A DNA stretch of 32,000 nt, taken from contig NC_006576.1 of assembly GCF_000010065.1 (NCBI RefSeq), positions 540,001-572,000 of the forward strand. The letters run 5' to 3'. This DNA is from Synechococcus elongatus PCC 6301. GTDB lineage: Bacteria; Cyanobacteriota; Cyanobacteriia; Synechococcales; Synechococcaceae. Position numbers and translations under genes: made by a program. Under the pieces are notes generated by a model, which was not told the origin of the DNA, made no database searches, and saw nothing but the letters and a program-made list of their open reading frames with translations. Shown in pieces: positions 15,667 through 24,181 of the stretch. The first letter of the stretch is position 1, and each line of letters starts with the position of its first letter.

Positions 15667-16158
15667 CTAGCTGAGGGCATTGATGAGGTAGTCGATGTAG
15701 GAGTTGGCTTCATCGCGAGAGTCACCACTCAAGCCATGATTCGCTTTGATGTACTTCAGCGCTTCCACATACCAGCTCGGCGCCAAGTCGAAGGTCTTGT
15801 TGATCTCATCAAGACCTGCCAACAGGTACTCATCAATCGGACCCGTGCCACCCGCAACCAATGCATAGGTCACAATCCGCAGATAGTAACCAATGTCACG
15901 CGCACACTTCGCTTTGCCTTCCGGCGTCGATGCAAAGTTGTTGCCAGGCGTGCTGGTGGTGTAGGGGAACTTGCTGTAAACAGCGTTCGCTGCACCGTTG
16001 ACCAAGCTGTCAGCATTGTTTGCCAACGCCTTAGCCGCTGCCAAACCAGAAGCAGCTTGACGGAAACGACCAAATGCAACTTGCAGTTCAGTGCTGCTCA
16101 GAAAACGCCCTTGCGAATCAGCAGCAGCGACAGCTTCGGTCAGAGGAGTCTTGGACAT
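15667..16158 (-). CDS. cpcA2: C-phycocyanin alpha subunit (copy 2)
   Basis: 163 aa, unmistakably phycocyanin alpha ([21 protein letters not shown]...[11 protein letters not shown]...). It differs from copy 1 at one residue (T23 versus A23). Confidence 0.97.
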
Positions 16159-16209
16159 GATTCCCTATTTCTCTGAAAAAAGGTCTGTTATCTCAATCCC
16201 AGTCGATGA

Positions 16210-16731
16210 CTAGGCAACTGCAGCAGCAGCTTTGTCGAAGTAGCTGCCCAGCTCGGAAATGATCGCTGAACAGTCACCTTGGGTGATGCCGTTGCGGTCG
16301 CTCACAATCGCCACAGCTGCGTCTTTCATCTTGCGAACGCCTTCTGCCACCGATGCACCGGGCACGCCCAGAGCCAAGTAGGTCTCACGCAGACCGTTCA
16401 AACAGCGGTCGTCGAGAATGGAAGCATCGCCGGTGAAGACCGCGTAGGTCACGTAGCGGAGAATGATTTCCATGTCGCGCAGACAAGCCGCCATCCGACG
16501 GTTCGTGTATGCGTTGCCGCCAGGAGCAATCAGAGAAGGTTGCTCTGCAAACAATGCACGCGCTGCGTTAGCGACGATCGACGAAGCATTACCGGTGATG
16601 CGGTTGACCGTATCAATCCGTTTGTTGCCTTCTGCAACCAAGCGGCTCAGCGCGTCCAGTTGGGCGTCGCTCAAAAATTCGCCACGGGCATCGGCTTGTG
16701 CCACCACCTTGGTGAAAGCATCAAAAGTCAT
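16210..16731 (-). CDS. cpcB2: C-phycocyanin beta subunit (copy 2)
   Basis: 173 aa, phycocyanin beta ([21 protein letters not shown]...[19 protein letters not shown]...). It differs from copy 1 at one residue (A74 versus V74). Confidence 0.97.
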
Positions 16732-17240
16732 TCAACCAGTCTCCTGTTCTCGACTTTTTCGTCGTGTTTTGTGAAAGCGGGTCGTAACCGACAAACAGCG
16801 GCTGAGTTTTGATCACGCCAACCTGTGATGGCATTGCACCGAATCAATCTAGGCAGCTGACCAAACCAACCAAGAAATATTTTTAGAGAAAAGAGAGACA
16901 GCGGACGCTTTTTTAATAATGGTTAACCATCCACCCACAGCAAACCTGCCCTCATACGCTTGGGGCCAAGCTGGCTGCTGGGAAAGTGAGGTCGCGTCTC
17001 AACCTGATCGATGCTGAGAGTATTCCCACGACTCGCCAGCAACAGTCATCTCTGATACAGATGCTGCCCAGTGCGATCGCGCTTCATAGCGGGCTATGGT
17101 CTCAGTCGTCCCTAGCAGCGGTCACAGCAGCATGGCAAAAGCCGCCTCATCCCTGCGCATTAACGAGGAAGGAAGCGGCTTAGGGGGCTCGATGCTCCCA
17201 AACACGACTGAGAGTCGTCAGGAATCTGCGGCGGGGCAAC

Positions 17241-17486
17241 CTAGTCTTCAGCTTCAGCCGTGAGTGGCTTAATGCTGACAATACGGGCACCCAAACGATT
17301 GATGCGACGCAATTCTTCGTTCATGCGTGCGTAGGGCACCTTGAATTGAACCGTGCCACTCTGGCGCACGGGGTAGCGATTCAGATCGGTCTGATCACTT
17401 TGATGAAGGCCTTCAACTTCGTAGACAAAGACTCGACTAGCGACGGCACCACTACGGGCGCCGACCAAAGCAGATTGACCCAACAT
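17241..17486 (-). CDS. cpcD: Phycobilisome rod-capping small linker (about 9 kDa), CpcD
   Basis: 81 aa from the internal ATG at 17486 (MLGQSALVGARSG...). It has a CpcD/allophycocyanin-linker domain (RVFVYEVEGL...FKVPYARMNEELRRINRLGARIVSIKPL). The upstream part of the 122-aa track ORF looks non-coding. Confidence 0.88.
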   Translation of the reverse strand: MLGQSALVGARSGAVASRVFVYEVEGLHQSDQTDLNRYPVRQSGTVQFKVPYARMNEELRRINRLGARIVSIKPLTAEAED

Positions 17487-17577
17487 GCGTGCAGAACCTC
17501 TGGAGAGACGGAGAAGACAACAATAGGGGCAAAAACTGGGATGCTCGCCCAACCCACAGCTTTTACCCCCAGAGAGG

Positions 17578-18447
17578 CTAGAGGCTAGCCGGCGCCACGC
17601 TGACAACACGACCGCCGCTGCGGTTGACCTGTTGCAAGGTGTTGTTCAGTTGCTCGTAGGGCACCAGGAGCGAGCGATTACTGCGGCGCACGCTGGGGAA
17701 GCCCGGTTTGCTAATCGCCGCGATTTCAACGCGGAAGATCCGGCTGGCCGTTTGGCCAAAGGGCGTCGAGCCACCCAAGGCCCGCATCGGGGCTTCACCC
17801 TTGGTCGAAGCAACGTAGTTGGTGCCAACGCTGGGGGCCACGACCGGTGCCACGGATTTGGCCGCCAAGTTTGCCGCTAGGCGAGAATTGTTACCGCCCA
17901 AGGAGGTGCGATCGCTCGTAGCATAGCCCCGGTAGAGCGAGAACAGGCGCGGCAGACCGACGCTCTGCTGACCGACGTGGTACTCAATGTCTCGGTAGTA
18001 GGGAACGATGCTTTCGCCGAAGGTTTCCAAGTACTCCGAAGAATCGATGTAGGAGTCGACATCTGCGTCGTAGCCTTGGGTTTCGTAGCGATCGAGGTGC
18101 TCGATCACTTCGGCCTCGCTATAGGGTGCACGACCCAACAGATGTTTGCAGTGCAACTCAATGACACGGGTTTGGAAGTTGTTGTAGAAGAACTTGGTCT
18201 TGTACAACTCTGACTTAGCCACAGCACGGACAAAGTCGCGCACGGAAATCGAGCCATTGACCAGCAAGGATTCAGCGGCCGTCAAGCGCTCCGACTTCAT
18301 GATGTAGTCGTTGCCAAGCACTTGGCGGTAAACCGCGCGGATTACCGCTTGTACTTGGTCGCGATCGCCATCAGGACGCAGCTCAACCGGTGCAGCATTG
18401 CTGAACGGTGCTGTTCCGAGACGAGAGGATGCAACAGTAATTGCCAT
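17578..18447 (-). CDS. cpcI: Phycocyanin-associated rod linker polypeptide (about 33 kDa)
   Basis: 289 aa. PBS-linker domain ([20 protein letters not shown]...[25 protein letters not shown]) plus a C-terminal CpcD-like domain. The gene name follows the published S. elongatus order cpcB1A1-cpcH-cpcI-cpcD-cpcB2A2, recalled from memory. Confidence 0.9.
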
Positions 18448-18494
18448 CGGGGGCAGACCTCAAAAAAGGGAGAAACGAGGAGCTGAGCGAAGGA

Positions 18495-19316
18495 CTAGGC
18501 TGGAGTGATGCTGACGATGCGGCCACCTTGGGCATGAACCCGTTGCAGAGTTGCATTCAGCTTTTCGTAGGACACGAAGTAGGTAGCGTTGCTACGACGA
18601 ATCCGATTCGAAGTGCGAGCCGTCACGCCTTGCTGCTGTACTTGAACGCGGAAAAGCTGATCACGGCTTCCGCCACAGGTGCCGACAAGAGCACTATCCG
18701 TCGAGCCGATCAACACTGGTGACGCTGCATTGCGTGCCACTTCTTGATCGAGCCGCGATCGCTGGCTGGTGGCTGAGCGATCGCTCGTTGCATAGCCGCG
18801 ATAGAGCTGAAAAATGCGGTTGAAACCAACCGTTTTTTGAGCCCGAATCGTTGCAAAACCCCGGAAGTAAGGAACGACATTATCCCCAAAGCTTTCGGTG
18901 TATTCAGCAGAATCAATGTAGGAATTGATATCTGCGTCATAGCCGTGACTGTGATAAGTCGCAGCATGGGCAGCAACTTCAGCTTGATCGTAGGGAGCAC
19001 GACCCAGCAGGTGTTTAAAGTTCAGCTCAATGAATCGATTGTGAGCATTGTTATGGAAGAATTTTTCGCGATACAGTTCGGAAAGAGCAACTGCCCGAAC
19101 AAAATCACGAACCGAAATTTCACCACCGCGCAGCAAAGATTCGGCACTGGTCAAGCGCTCGGTGCCCATGACGTAATCATTGCCCAGCACTTGTCGATAG
19201 ACAGCGCGAATGATGGCGTTGATTTCATCCGAAGATGCACCCGCACGCCATTCTAAAGGAGCTGACTCACTATAGGCCGAGAATCCGAGACGACGGGCTG
19301 CTTCAAGACTCGTCAT
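18495..19316 (-). CDS. cpcH: Phycocyanin-associated rod linker polypeptide (about 30 kDa)
   Basis: 273 aa from the ATG at 19316 ([12 protein letters not shown]...); the track start at 19328 is a TTG. PBS-linker domain ([20 protein letters not shown]...[16 protein letters not shown]) plus a C-terminal CpcD-like domain. Confidence 0.9.
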
Positions 19317-19334
19317 ACTCAACTCCAAAAGCTT

Positions 19335-19398
19335 TTAAAAAAAAGCCCGGAAGAGAGCAGGCAACCTCTGCACGAAAACAGAATCTGCTCTTTCCGGG
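19335..19398 (-). terminator. Strong intrinsic terminator/attenuator between cpcA1 and cpcH
   Basis: Minus-strand RNA: CCCGGAAAGAGCAG...CUGCUCUCUUCCGGG (14 bp with one bulge) followed by C-U8. It starts 24 nt after the cpcA1 stop, and the U-tract ends about 20 nt before the cpcH ATG. Confidence 0.8.
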
Positions 19399-19421
19399 TT
19401 GATCATGATTTCAACTAGGGA

Positions 19422-19913
19422 CTAGCTGAGGGCATTGATGAGGTAGTCGATGTAGGAGTTGGCTTCATCGCGAGAGTCACCACTCAAGCCATGATTCGCT
19501 TTGATGTACTTCAGCGCTTCCACATACCAGCTCGGCGCCAAGTCGAAGGTCTTGTTGATCTCATCAAGACCTGCCAACAGGTACTCATCAATCGGACCCG
19601 TGCCACCCGCAACCAATGCATAGGTCACAATCCGCAGATAGTAACCAATGTCACGCGCACACTTCGCTTTGCCTTCCGGCGTCGATGCAAAGTTGTTGCC
19701 AGGCGTGCTGGTGGTGTAGGGGAACTTGCTGTAAACAGCGTTCGCTGCACCGTTGACCAAGCTGTCAGCATTGTTTGCCAACGCCTTAGCCGCTGCCAAA
19801 CCAGAAGCAGCTTGACGGAAACGACCAAATGCAACTTGCAGTTCAGCGCTGCTCAGAAAACGCCCTTGCGAATCAGCAGCAGCGACAGCTTCGGTCAGAG
19901 GAGTCTTGGACAT
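19422..19913 (-). CDS. cpcA1: C-phycocyanin alpha subunit (copy 1)
   Basis: 163 aa, identical to copy 2 except A23. Confidence 0.97.
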   Translation of the reverse strand: MSKTPLTEAVAAADSQGRFLSSAELQVAFGRFRQAASGLAAAKALANNADSLVNGAANAVYSKFPYTTSTPGNNFASTPEGKAKCARDIGYYLRIVTYALVAGGTGPIDEYLLAGLDEINKTFDLAPSWYVEALKYIKANHGLSGDSRDEANSYIDYLINALS

Positions 19914-19964
19914 GATTCCCTATTTCTCTGAAAAAAGGTCTGTTATCTCAATCCCAGTCGATGA

Positions 19965-20486
19965 CTAGGCAACTGCAGCAGCAGCTTTGTCGAAGTAGCT
20001 GCCCAGCTCGGAAATGATCGCTGAACAGTCACCTTGGGTGATGCCGTTGCGGTCGCTCACAATCGCCACAGCTGCGTCTTTCATCTTGCGAACGCCTTCT
20101 GCCACCGATGCACCGGGCACGCCCAGAGCCAAGTAGGTCTCACGCAGACCGTTCAAACAGCGGTCGTCGAGAATGGAAGCATCGCCGGTGAAGACCGCGT
20201 AGGTCACGTAGCGGAGAATGATTTCCATGTCGCGCAGACAAGCCGCCATCCGACGGTTCGTGTATACGTTGCCGCCAGGAGCAATCAGAGAAGGTTGCTC
20301 TGCAAACAATGCACGCGCTGCGTTAGCGACGATCGACGAAGCATTACCGGTGATGCGGTTGACCGTATCAATCCGTTTGTTGCCTTCTGCAACCAAGCGG
20401 CTCAGCGCGTCCAGTTGGGCGTCGCTCAAAAATTCGCCACGGGCATCGGCTTGTGCCACCACCTTGGTGAAAGCATCAAAAGTCAT
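19965..20486 (-). CDS. cpcB1: C-phycocyanin beta subunit (copy 1)
   Basis: 173 aa, identical to copy 2 except V74. Confidence 0.97.
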   Translation of the reverse strand: MTFDAFTKVVAQADARGEFLSDAQLDALSRLVAEGNKRIDTVNRITGNASSIVANAARALFAEQPSLIAPGGNVYTNRRMAACLRDMEIILRYVTYAVFTGDASILDDRCLNGLRETYLALGVPGASVAEGVRKMKDAAVAIVSDRNGITQGDCSAIISELGSYFDKAAAAVA

Positions 20487-20629
20487 TCAACCAGTCTCCT
20501 GTTCTCGACTTTTATTGACTCTCGATTCCTAAAACGAGAACGCGGTTTTTTCGCATTCTCTAGCAGGGAAACCCTGCACCTGAACCGTCCCCATCATTCT
20601 TCAAGAAAACTCTCGATTGTGAGAGACTC

Positions 20630-20647
20630 TTAACAATGATTTACATT
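20630..20647 (+). promoter_or_regulatory. HLR1-like (RpaB-type) direct-repeat motif upstream of cpcB1
   Basis: TTAACAAT-GA-TTTACATT compared with the HLR1 consensus (G/T)TTACA(T/A)(T/A)-N2-(G/T)TTACA(T/A)(T/A). The second half is a perfect match and the first half has one mismatch. It sits inside an imperfect AT-rich inverted repeat (TTAACAAACGATTTA / TAAATCATTGTTAA), 144-161 nt upstream of the cpcB1 ATG. Confidence 0.3.
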
Positions 20648-21114
20648 AAATCGTTTGTTAAACGAGAGGGGCCTGTCAGGCAATTGGCGCAGTTCACTGT
20701 CGCTTAGCAACGATTAGTGAACCTTATCCAGTTGCCTTGGCATTCTTATACAACGATCGCGGCCACAAGATTCGCTAAAAATTGTGAAGCTCTGACTGAC
20801 GGGGATTTAGAGCGATCGCGATCGGGATTGGCCGTATCAATCCTGAATCTGTAAGTCGTCCACGACTAGGGTCAATCTCTAGCTTTGTAAAGATGCTTTA
20901 AGTTGATGGTCGACGATCGCTTGAGAAGTTGAAGAAAAACTTATGGCTGACCCAACAGCTACATCTTTTGGATCTGAAATCGTTACGAGCTGAAGGTTTG
21001 TAATATTCATTTACATTCTTGAACTGAGCGATCGCTGGCTCATGGGACCGGCAGCAGGGCAAGCAACCAGCATGCAGCTGAGACTGAGAGTCATGAGGAA
21101 CCCAGGCTGTAGCC

Positions 21115-21543
21115 TTAACGCAGTCCGCCCAAGCGCCAGCACAAAAAAGCAGCGATCGCAACGACCAAGGAGACGATAAAGGCGTTTTCAGTCGAGGATT
21201 GAACTGTGGCATCGAGGCGCTCTTCCTCGTTGGTTGCCCGCTGAAAGCGCTGTTCCTTGAGGCGAAAGTAAATGAGCTGAGACAGGACGAGCAAGGCTAG
21301 CGGGATTAAGACCCACTGGCTGCTAAGGATCAAGCCAGCGCCACTCATGAAGGTCAGCACGGAGCCAATGAGCAGAAACCGACTGGTGAGGCGATCTTCC
21401 TTTTCTTGGCTGAGGGCTTCGAGCAAGTTGTCCATTAGATGGGCTTGCCGCGCTTGCTGTAGTGCCAGCAGCCCGCCCATGAGCCAAAAGCAACCAAACA
21501 GCCGCAGACCCCAAGTCAGAGCGGTCGAGATTAGGGTGAGCAT
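21115..21543 (-). CDS. Hypothetical integral membrane protein (about 4 TM helices)
   Basis: 142 aa from the ATG at 21543; the track start at 21558 is a GTG. It has several hydrophobic helices (LFGCFWLMGGLLAL, FLLIGSVLTFMSGAGLILS, VLIPLALLVLSQLIYF, FIVSLVVAIAAFLCW). No family recognised. Confidence 0.55.
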   Translation of the reverse strand: MLTLISTALTWGLRLFGCFWLMGGLLALQQARQAHLMDNLLEALSQEKEDRLTSRFLLIGSVLTFMSGAGLILSSQWVLIPLALLVLSQLIYFRLKEQRFQRATNEEERLDATVQSSTENAFIVSLVVAIAAFLCWRLGGLR

Positions 21544-21689
21544 CTCATCCTGGAGCACAACAAAGACAGAGACTTAAGACAAGGATTTTTAGCCCTGAGG
21601 GCAGTCTAGCGGTCGAAGGAACGGATCGCTCCAGCGGCCTGTCACACTTAAAAAGCTCTGCTCGAGCATTTGCTGCTGTCTCTAAAGCC

Positions 21690-23261
21690 ATGCTGAAACT
21701 TTGGGCTCTTCCCCTAGCGATCGGGCTGGGACTTTTTCCGTCGGCACCGGTGACCCAAGCCCAAGCACCTCTCAACCCAACATTACGAGTGGGAATTGTC
21801 CAGCGCTTTGGTCGGCAGCCGAGCGATCGCCTGCAAATTGTGGCTGGTGCCCAGCGATCGCTGACGCTCCGATTCACGGTCAATGGTCAACCGCGTCAGT
21901 TTCGGGCCCAACGGCTGACGGTGGCGATTGCCCCTGTCCCCCTACCGACCCCCGAGCAGCGATCGCAATTAGTCATTAGTCAGCACCGCAGCTTTGAGAG
22001 TGCTGAGGCCAGCGCCGCGCAATGGCGGGCCAAGGGGTTTGACGTCGAAATCGCCCAACCGCAGGGCTGGGAAGTCTGGTTAAAACCGACCCCAGACCTA
22101 CCTGATGCCGCCCTACCGAGGTTGCTGCAACGGTTGCGCAGTGAAGGAGCCGCGTCTGCTCTGCTACGCAGCGAGACACGCAAGACACAACCGCAGTTGG
22201 TTTGGCAGCTAGGGGATCAACGCTTTCAGGGCGATCGCCTCGAGATTGAGAGCAATGGCCCGATCACCGTTGCTGGCATTCCCTACCCGGGTCAGCTCAC
22301 CCTGCAACCCAATGCCCACGGCGACTTTACCCTCGTCAATACCGTCACAGTTGAAGACTATCTGAGTGGAGTCGTTCCCCACGAAATTGGTGCGGGTGCT
22401 CCTGCCCAAGCGATCGCCGCCCAAGCGATTCTGGCGCGGACCTACGCTCTGCGCAATGTACGGCGTTTCCAAGTCGATAACTATGAGCTCTGTGCCGATG
22501 TGCGATGTCAGGTCTATCGCGGCTGGGAAAGCCGGCTGCCGACAGTCGAGCAGGCAATTCGTCAAACGCGAGGCTTGGTGCTGAGCTACAACAACCAACT
22601 CATTGATGCAGTCTATTCTTCGACAACTGGCGGGATAACGGCTGGGTTTGAAGATGCTTGGCTGGGCCAGCAGCGGTCCTATCTCCAGCCGCGCCTCGAT
22701 GCTCTGCGACCGCTCTGGAATCTACAGACGAAACCACTCAATCAAGAAGCGAATCTCAAGGCGTTTCTGCAACTACGGGAGGGCTTTAATGAGACTGGTC
22801 AGCCGCGCTTTCGGTGGCAGCGCCGTCGCAGTCTGGCCGAGATTCAGGCAGAACTAAAAGCCTATCTCCGCGATCGCCGCGATCCAAGGGCAGAGTTTCA
22901 GCAGATTCAATCAGTAGCCGTGAGTCAGCGATCGCCAAGCGGTCGGGTCTTAGAAGTAATCGTTCAGAGCGATCGCGGGCCGATCGTCATTGGTCGCGAT
23001 GAAGTCCGGCGGGCCTTTGCGGGGCTATTCAGCACCTTGTTTTATCTCGAACCAGAGCAGGATGGCCAGGGACGTCCTGTGGCCTACCGTTTTGTTGGTG
23101 GCGGCTTTGGCCATGGGGTTGGCCTCAGTCAGACCGGGGCGATGGGCTTGGCACGCCAAGGCTGGAATTACGATCGCATCCTTAAGTTCTACTATCCCCA
23201 AACGCAACTAGAGCCGCTCCATCCAACCATGCTGCAGTCAGTCAACGCCCGAAAGCCTTGA
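21690..23261 (+). CDS. SpoIID/LytB domain-containing protein (peptidoglycan-remodelling amidase enhancer family)
   Basis: 523 aa with a signal peptide. SpoIID-type motifs: AQAILARTYAL, LCADVRCQVYRG, AVYSSTTGGIT and GGGFGHGVGLSQTGA. Confidence 0.85.
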   Translation: MLKLWALPLAIGLGLFPSAPVTQAQAPLNPTLRVGIVQRFGRQPSDRLQIVAGAQRSLTLRFTVNGQPRQFRAQRLTVAIAPVPLPTPEQRSQLVISQHRSFESAEASAAQWRAKGFDVEIAQPQGWEVWLKPTPDLPDAALPRLLQRLRSEGAASALLRSETRKTQPQLVWQLGDQRFQGDRLEIESNGPITVAGIPYPGQLTLQPNAHGDFTLVNTVTVEDYLSGVVPHEIGAGAPAQAIAAQAILARTYALRNVRRFQVDNYELCADVRCQVYRGWESRLPTVEQAIRQTRGLVLSYNNQLIDAVYSSTTGGITAGFEDAWLGQQRSYLQPRLDALRPLWNLQTKPLNQEANLKAFLQLREGFNETGQPRFRWQRRRSLAEIQAELKAYLRDRRDPRAEFQQIQSVAVSQRSPSGRVLEVIVQSDRGPIVIGRDEVRRAFAGLFSTLFYLEPEQDGQGRPVAYRFVGGGFGHGVGLSQTGAMGLARQGWNYDRILKFYYPQTQLEPLHPTMLQSVNARKP

Positions 23262-23341
23262 GTGATCTATCAGTCTTTGACAGCGTAGAGCCTGGGTCGC
23301 AGGCGCATAAGCTAGTAGAACCTGTACTGTCGATCGCCGTC

Positions 23342-24064
23342 ATGAATCGCTTCCGCGTTGAGGTTATCAGCTGCACTCCTAATCCTCAGCAGACGATTTA
23401 TGCGGCCATGCACCAGGATTACAGCGAGTCTTTTGTGGTGGAAGAACGCGATCGCTGGCCCGCTGAAGCACAAGCGGGAGAGGTGATCGTTAAACGCCTG
23501 CTGGCCGGAGAGCGTGGCCACTATGGCCCCCTCGAACACGCGATGATCGTTTTCAACGTGGGCTATTTCCCCCACAGCGTCATGCAGCAGGCGCGCACAC
23601 ATCGCATTGGCGTCAGTTTCGATGTGCAGTCGATGCGGTATACGGGGCAGCGAGTAGCGGATGCGGCCGCGGGCAAAATTGACCTCGAAGACATCTTCTA
23701 CCTACGCCCCGTAGGCCAGTACCTCGATCGCCAGGGCAAGAAGTACACCTACACCGAGACTGACCGCGCCAAAGACTTGGAATTGTGTCGTCAGGCAGCT
23801 CTGCGCTACCAGGAATTGTTGGAGGCTGGCTATGCCGAGGAACATGCGCGGGGCATTTTGCCGTTTGACTATCGCCAACATTTTGTCGTCAGCTTCACGC
23901 TGCGATCGCTGATGCATTTCCTGGATTTGCGCAGCAAAAAGGATGCTCAGATTGAGATTCAGCAACTCTGCGATTTGCTCTGGCCGCATTTCCAAACCTG
24001 GGCACCGGCGATCGCTCAGTGGTACGCCAGCACCCGACTAGGGAAAGCTCGGCTTGCCCCTTAG
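23342..24064 (+). CDS. thyX: Flavin-dependent thymidylate synthase ThyX
   Basis: ThyX signature RHR...S....S.RY is present as QQARTHRIGVSFDVQSMRY. The track ORF begins at a TTG (23258) that overlaps the SpoIID stop. The ATG at 23342 (MNRFRVEVISCTPNP...) looks like a typical ThyX N-terminus. The start remains uncertain. Confidence 0.85.
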   Translation: MNRFRVEVISCTPNPQQTIYAAMHQDYSESFVVEERDRWPAEAQAGEVIVKRLLAGERGHYGPLEHAMIVFNVGYFPHSVMQQARTHRIGVSFDVQSMRYTGQRVADAAAGKIDLEDIFYLRPVGQYLDRQGKKYTYTETDRAKDLELCRQAALRYQELLEAGYAEEHARGILPFDYRQHFVVSFTLRSLMHFLDLRSKKDAQIEIQQLCDLLWPHFQTWAPAIAQWYASTRLGKARLAP

Positions 24065-24181
24065 GCGATCGGGCCCTCTCACCTTTGCGGCAAACTACCG
24101 GCAAGCAATGCAAGGTCGGCGCGGTTCCTTCAGAAGAGGGCGAGAGCGATAGGCTAGAACGCGAGGTGTGGGCAGGCAAGG

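Larger units (their letters stand above)
15666..16758. repeat. 1093-bp direct repeat, copy 2 (cpcB2A2 unit)
   Basis: It matches 19421-20513 at a constant offset of 3755 bp. The repeat starts 1 nt outside the cpcA stop codon and ends 27 nt upstream of the cpcB ATG. I found only two mismatches, 16092 T/19847 C and 16511 G/20266 A. Confidence 0.95.
19421..20513. repeat. 1093-bp direct repeat, copy 1 (cpcB1A1 unit)
   Basis: See copy 2 (15666-16758). The two copies flank the 2662-bp linker gene segment cpcH-cpcI-cpcD. Confidence 0.95.

Noticed and set aside
15736-16176. 146-aa, 177/199-aa and 103/104-aa plus-strand ORFs duplicated at both cpcBA copies (also 19491-19931, 16279-16812 and 20034-20633)
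   Set aside because: They are antisense shadows of the phycocyanin genes. They appear twice only because the DNA is duplicated, and they have no coding signature.
16986-17183. 65-aa plus-strand ORF in the cpcD-cpcB2 spacer
   Set aside because: It has no RBS and no recognisable features. The region is more plausibly promoter and 5'-UTR for cpcB2A2.
17205-17219. Hairpin ACGACT-GAG-AGTCGT downstream of cpcD as a terminator, and the related AGTCGT-CC-ACGACT near 20853
   Set aside because: It is only a 6-bp stem with no convincing U-tract on the transcribed strand, which is too weak to call. The shared hexamers are likely coincidental.
17487-17609. Upstream part of the 122-aa ORF containing cpcD
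   Set aside because: The extension ([33 protein letters not shown]...) is not linker-like and overlaps the end of cpcI. CpcD-type proteins are about 80 aa, and the internal ATG fits that.
20898-21212. 104-aa minus-strand ORF overlapping the 3' end of the membrane-protein gene
   Set aside because: It overlaps a better ORF in another frame, is Cys/Ser/Pro-rich, and has no RBS.
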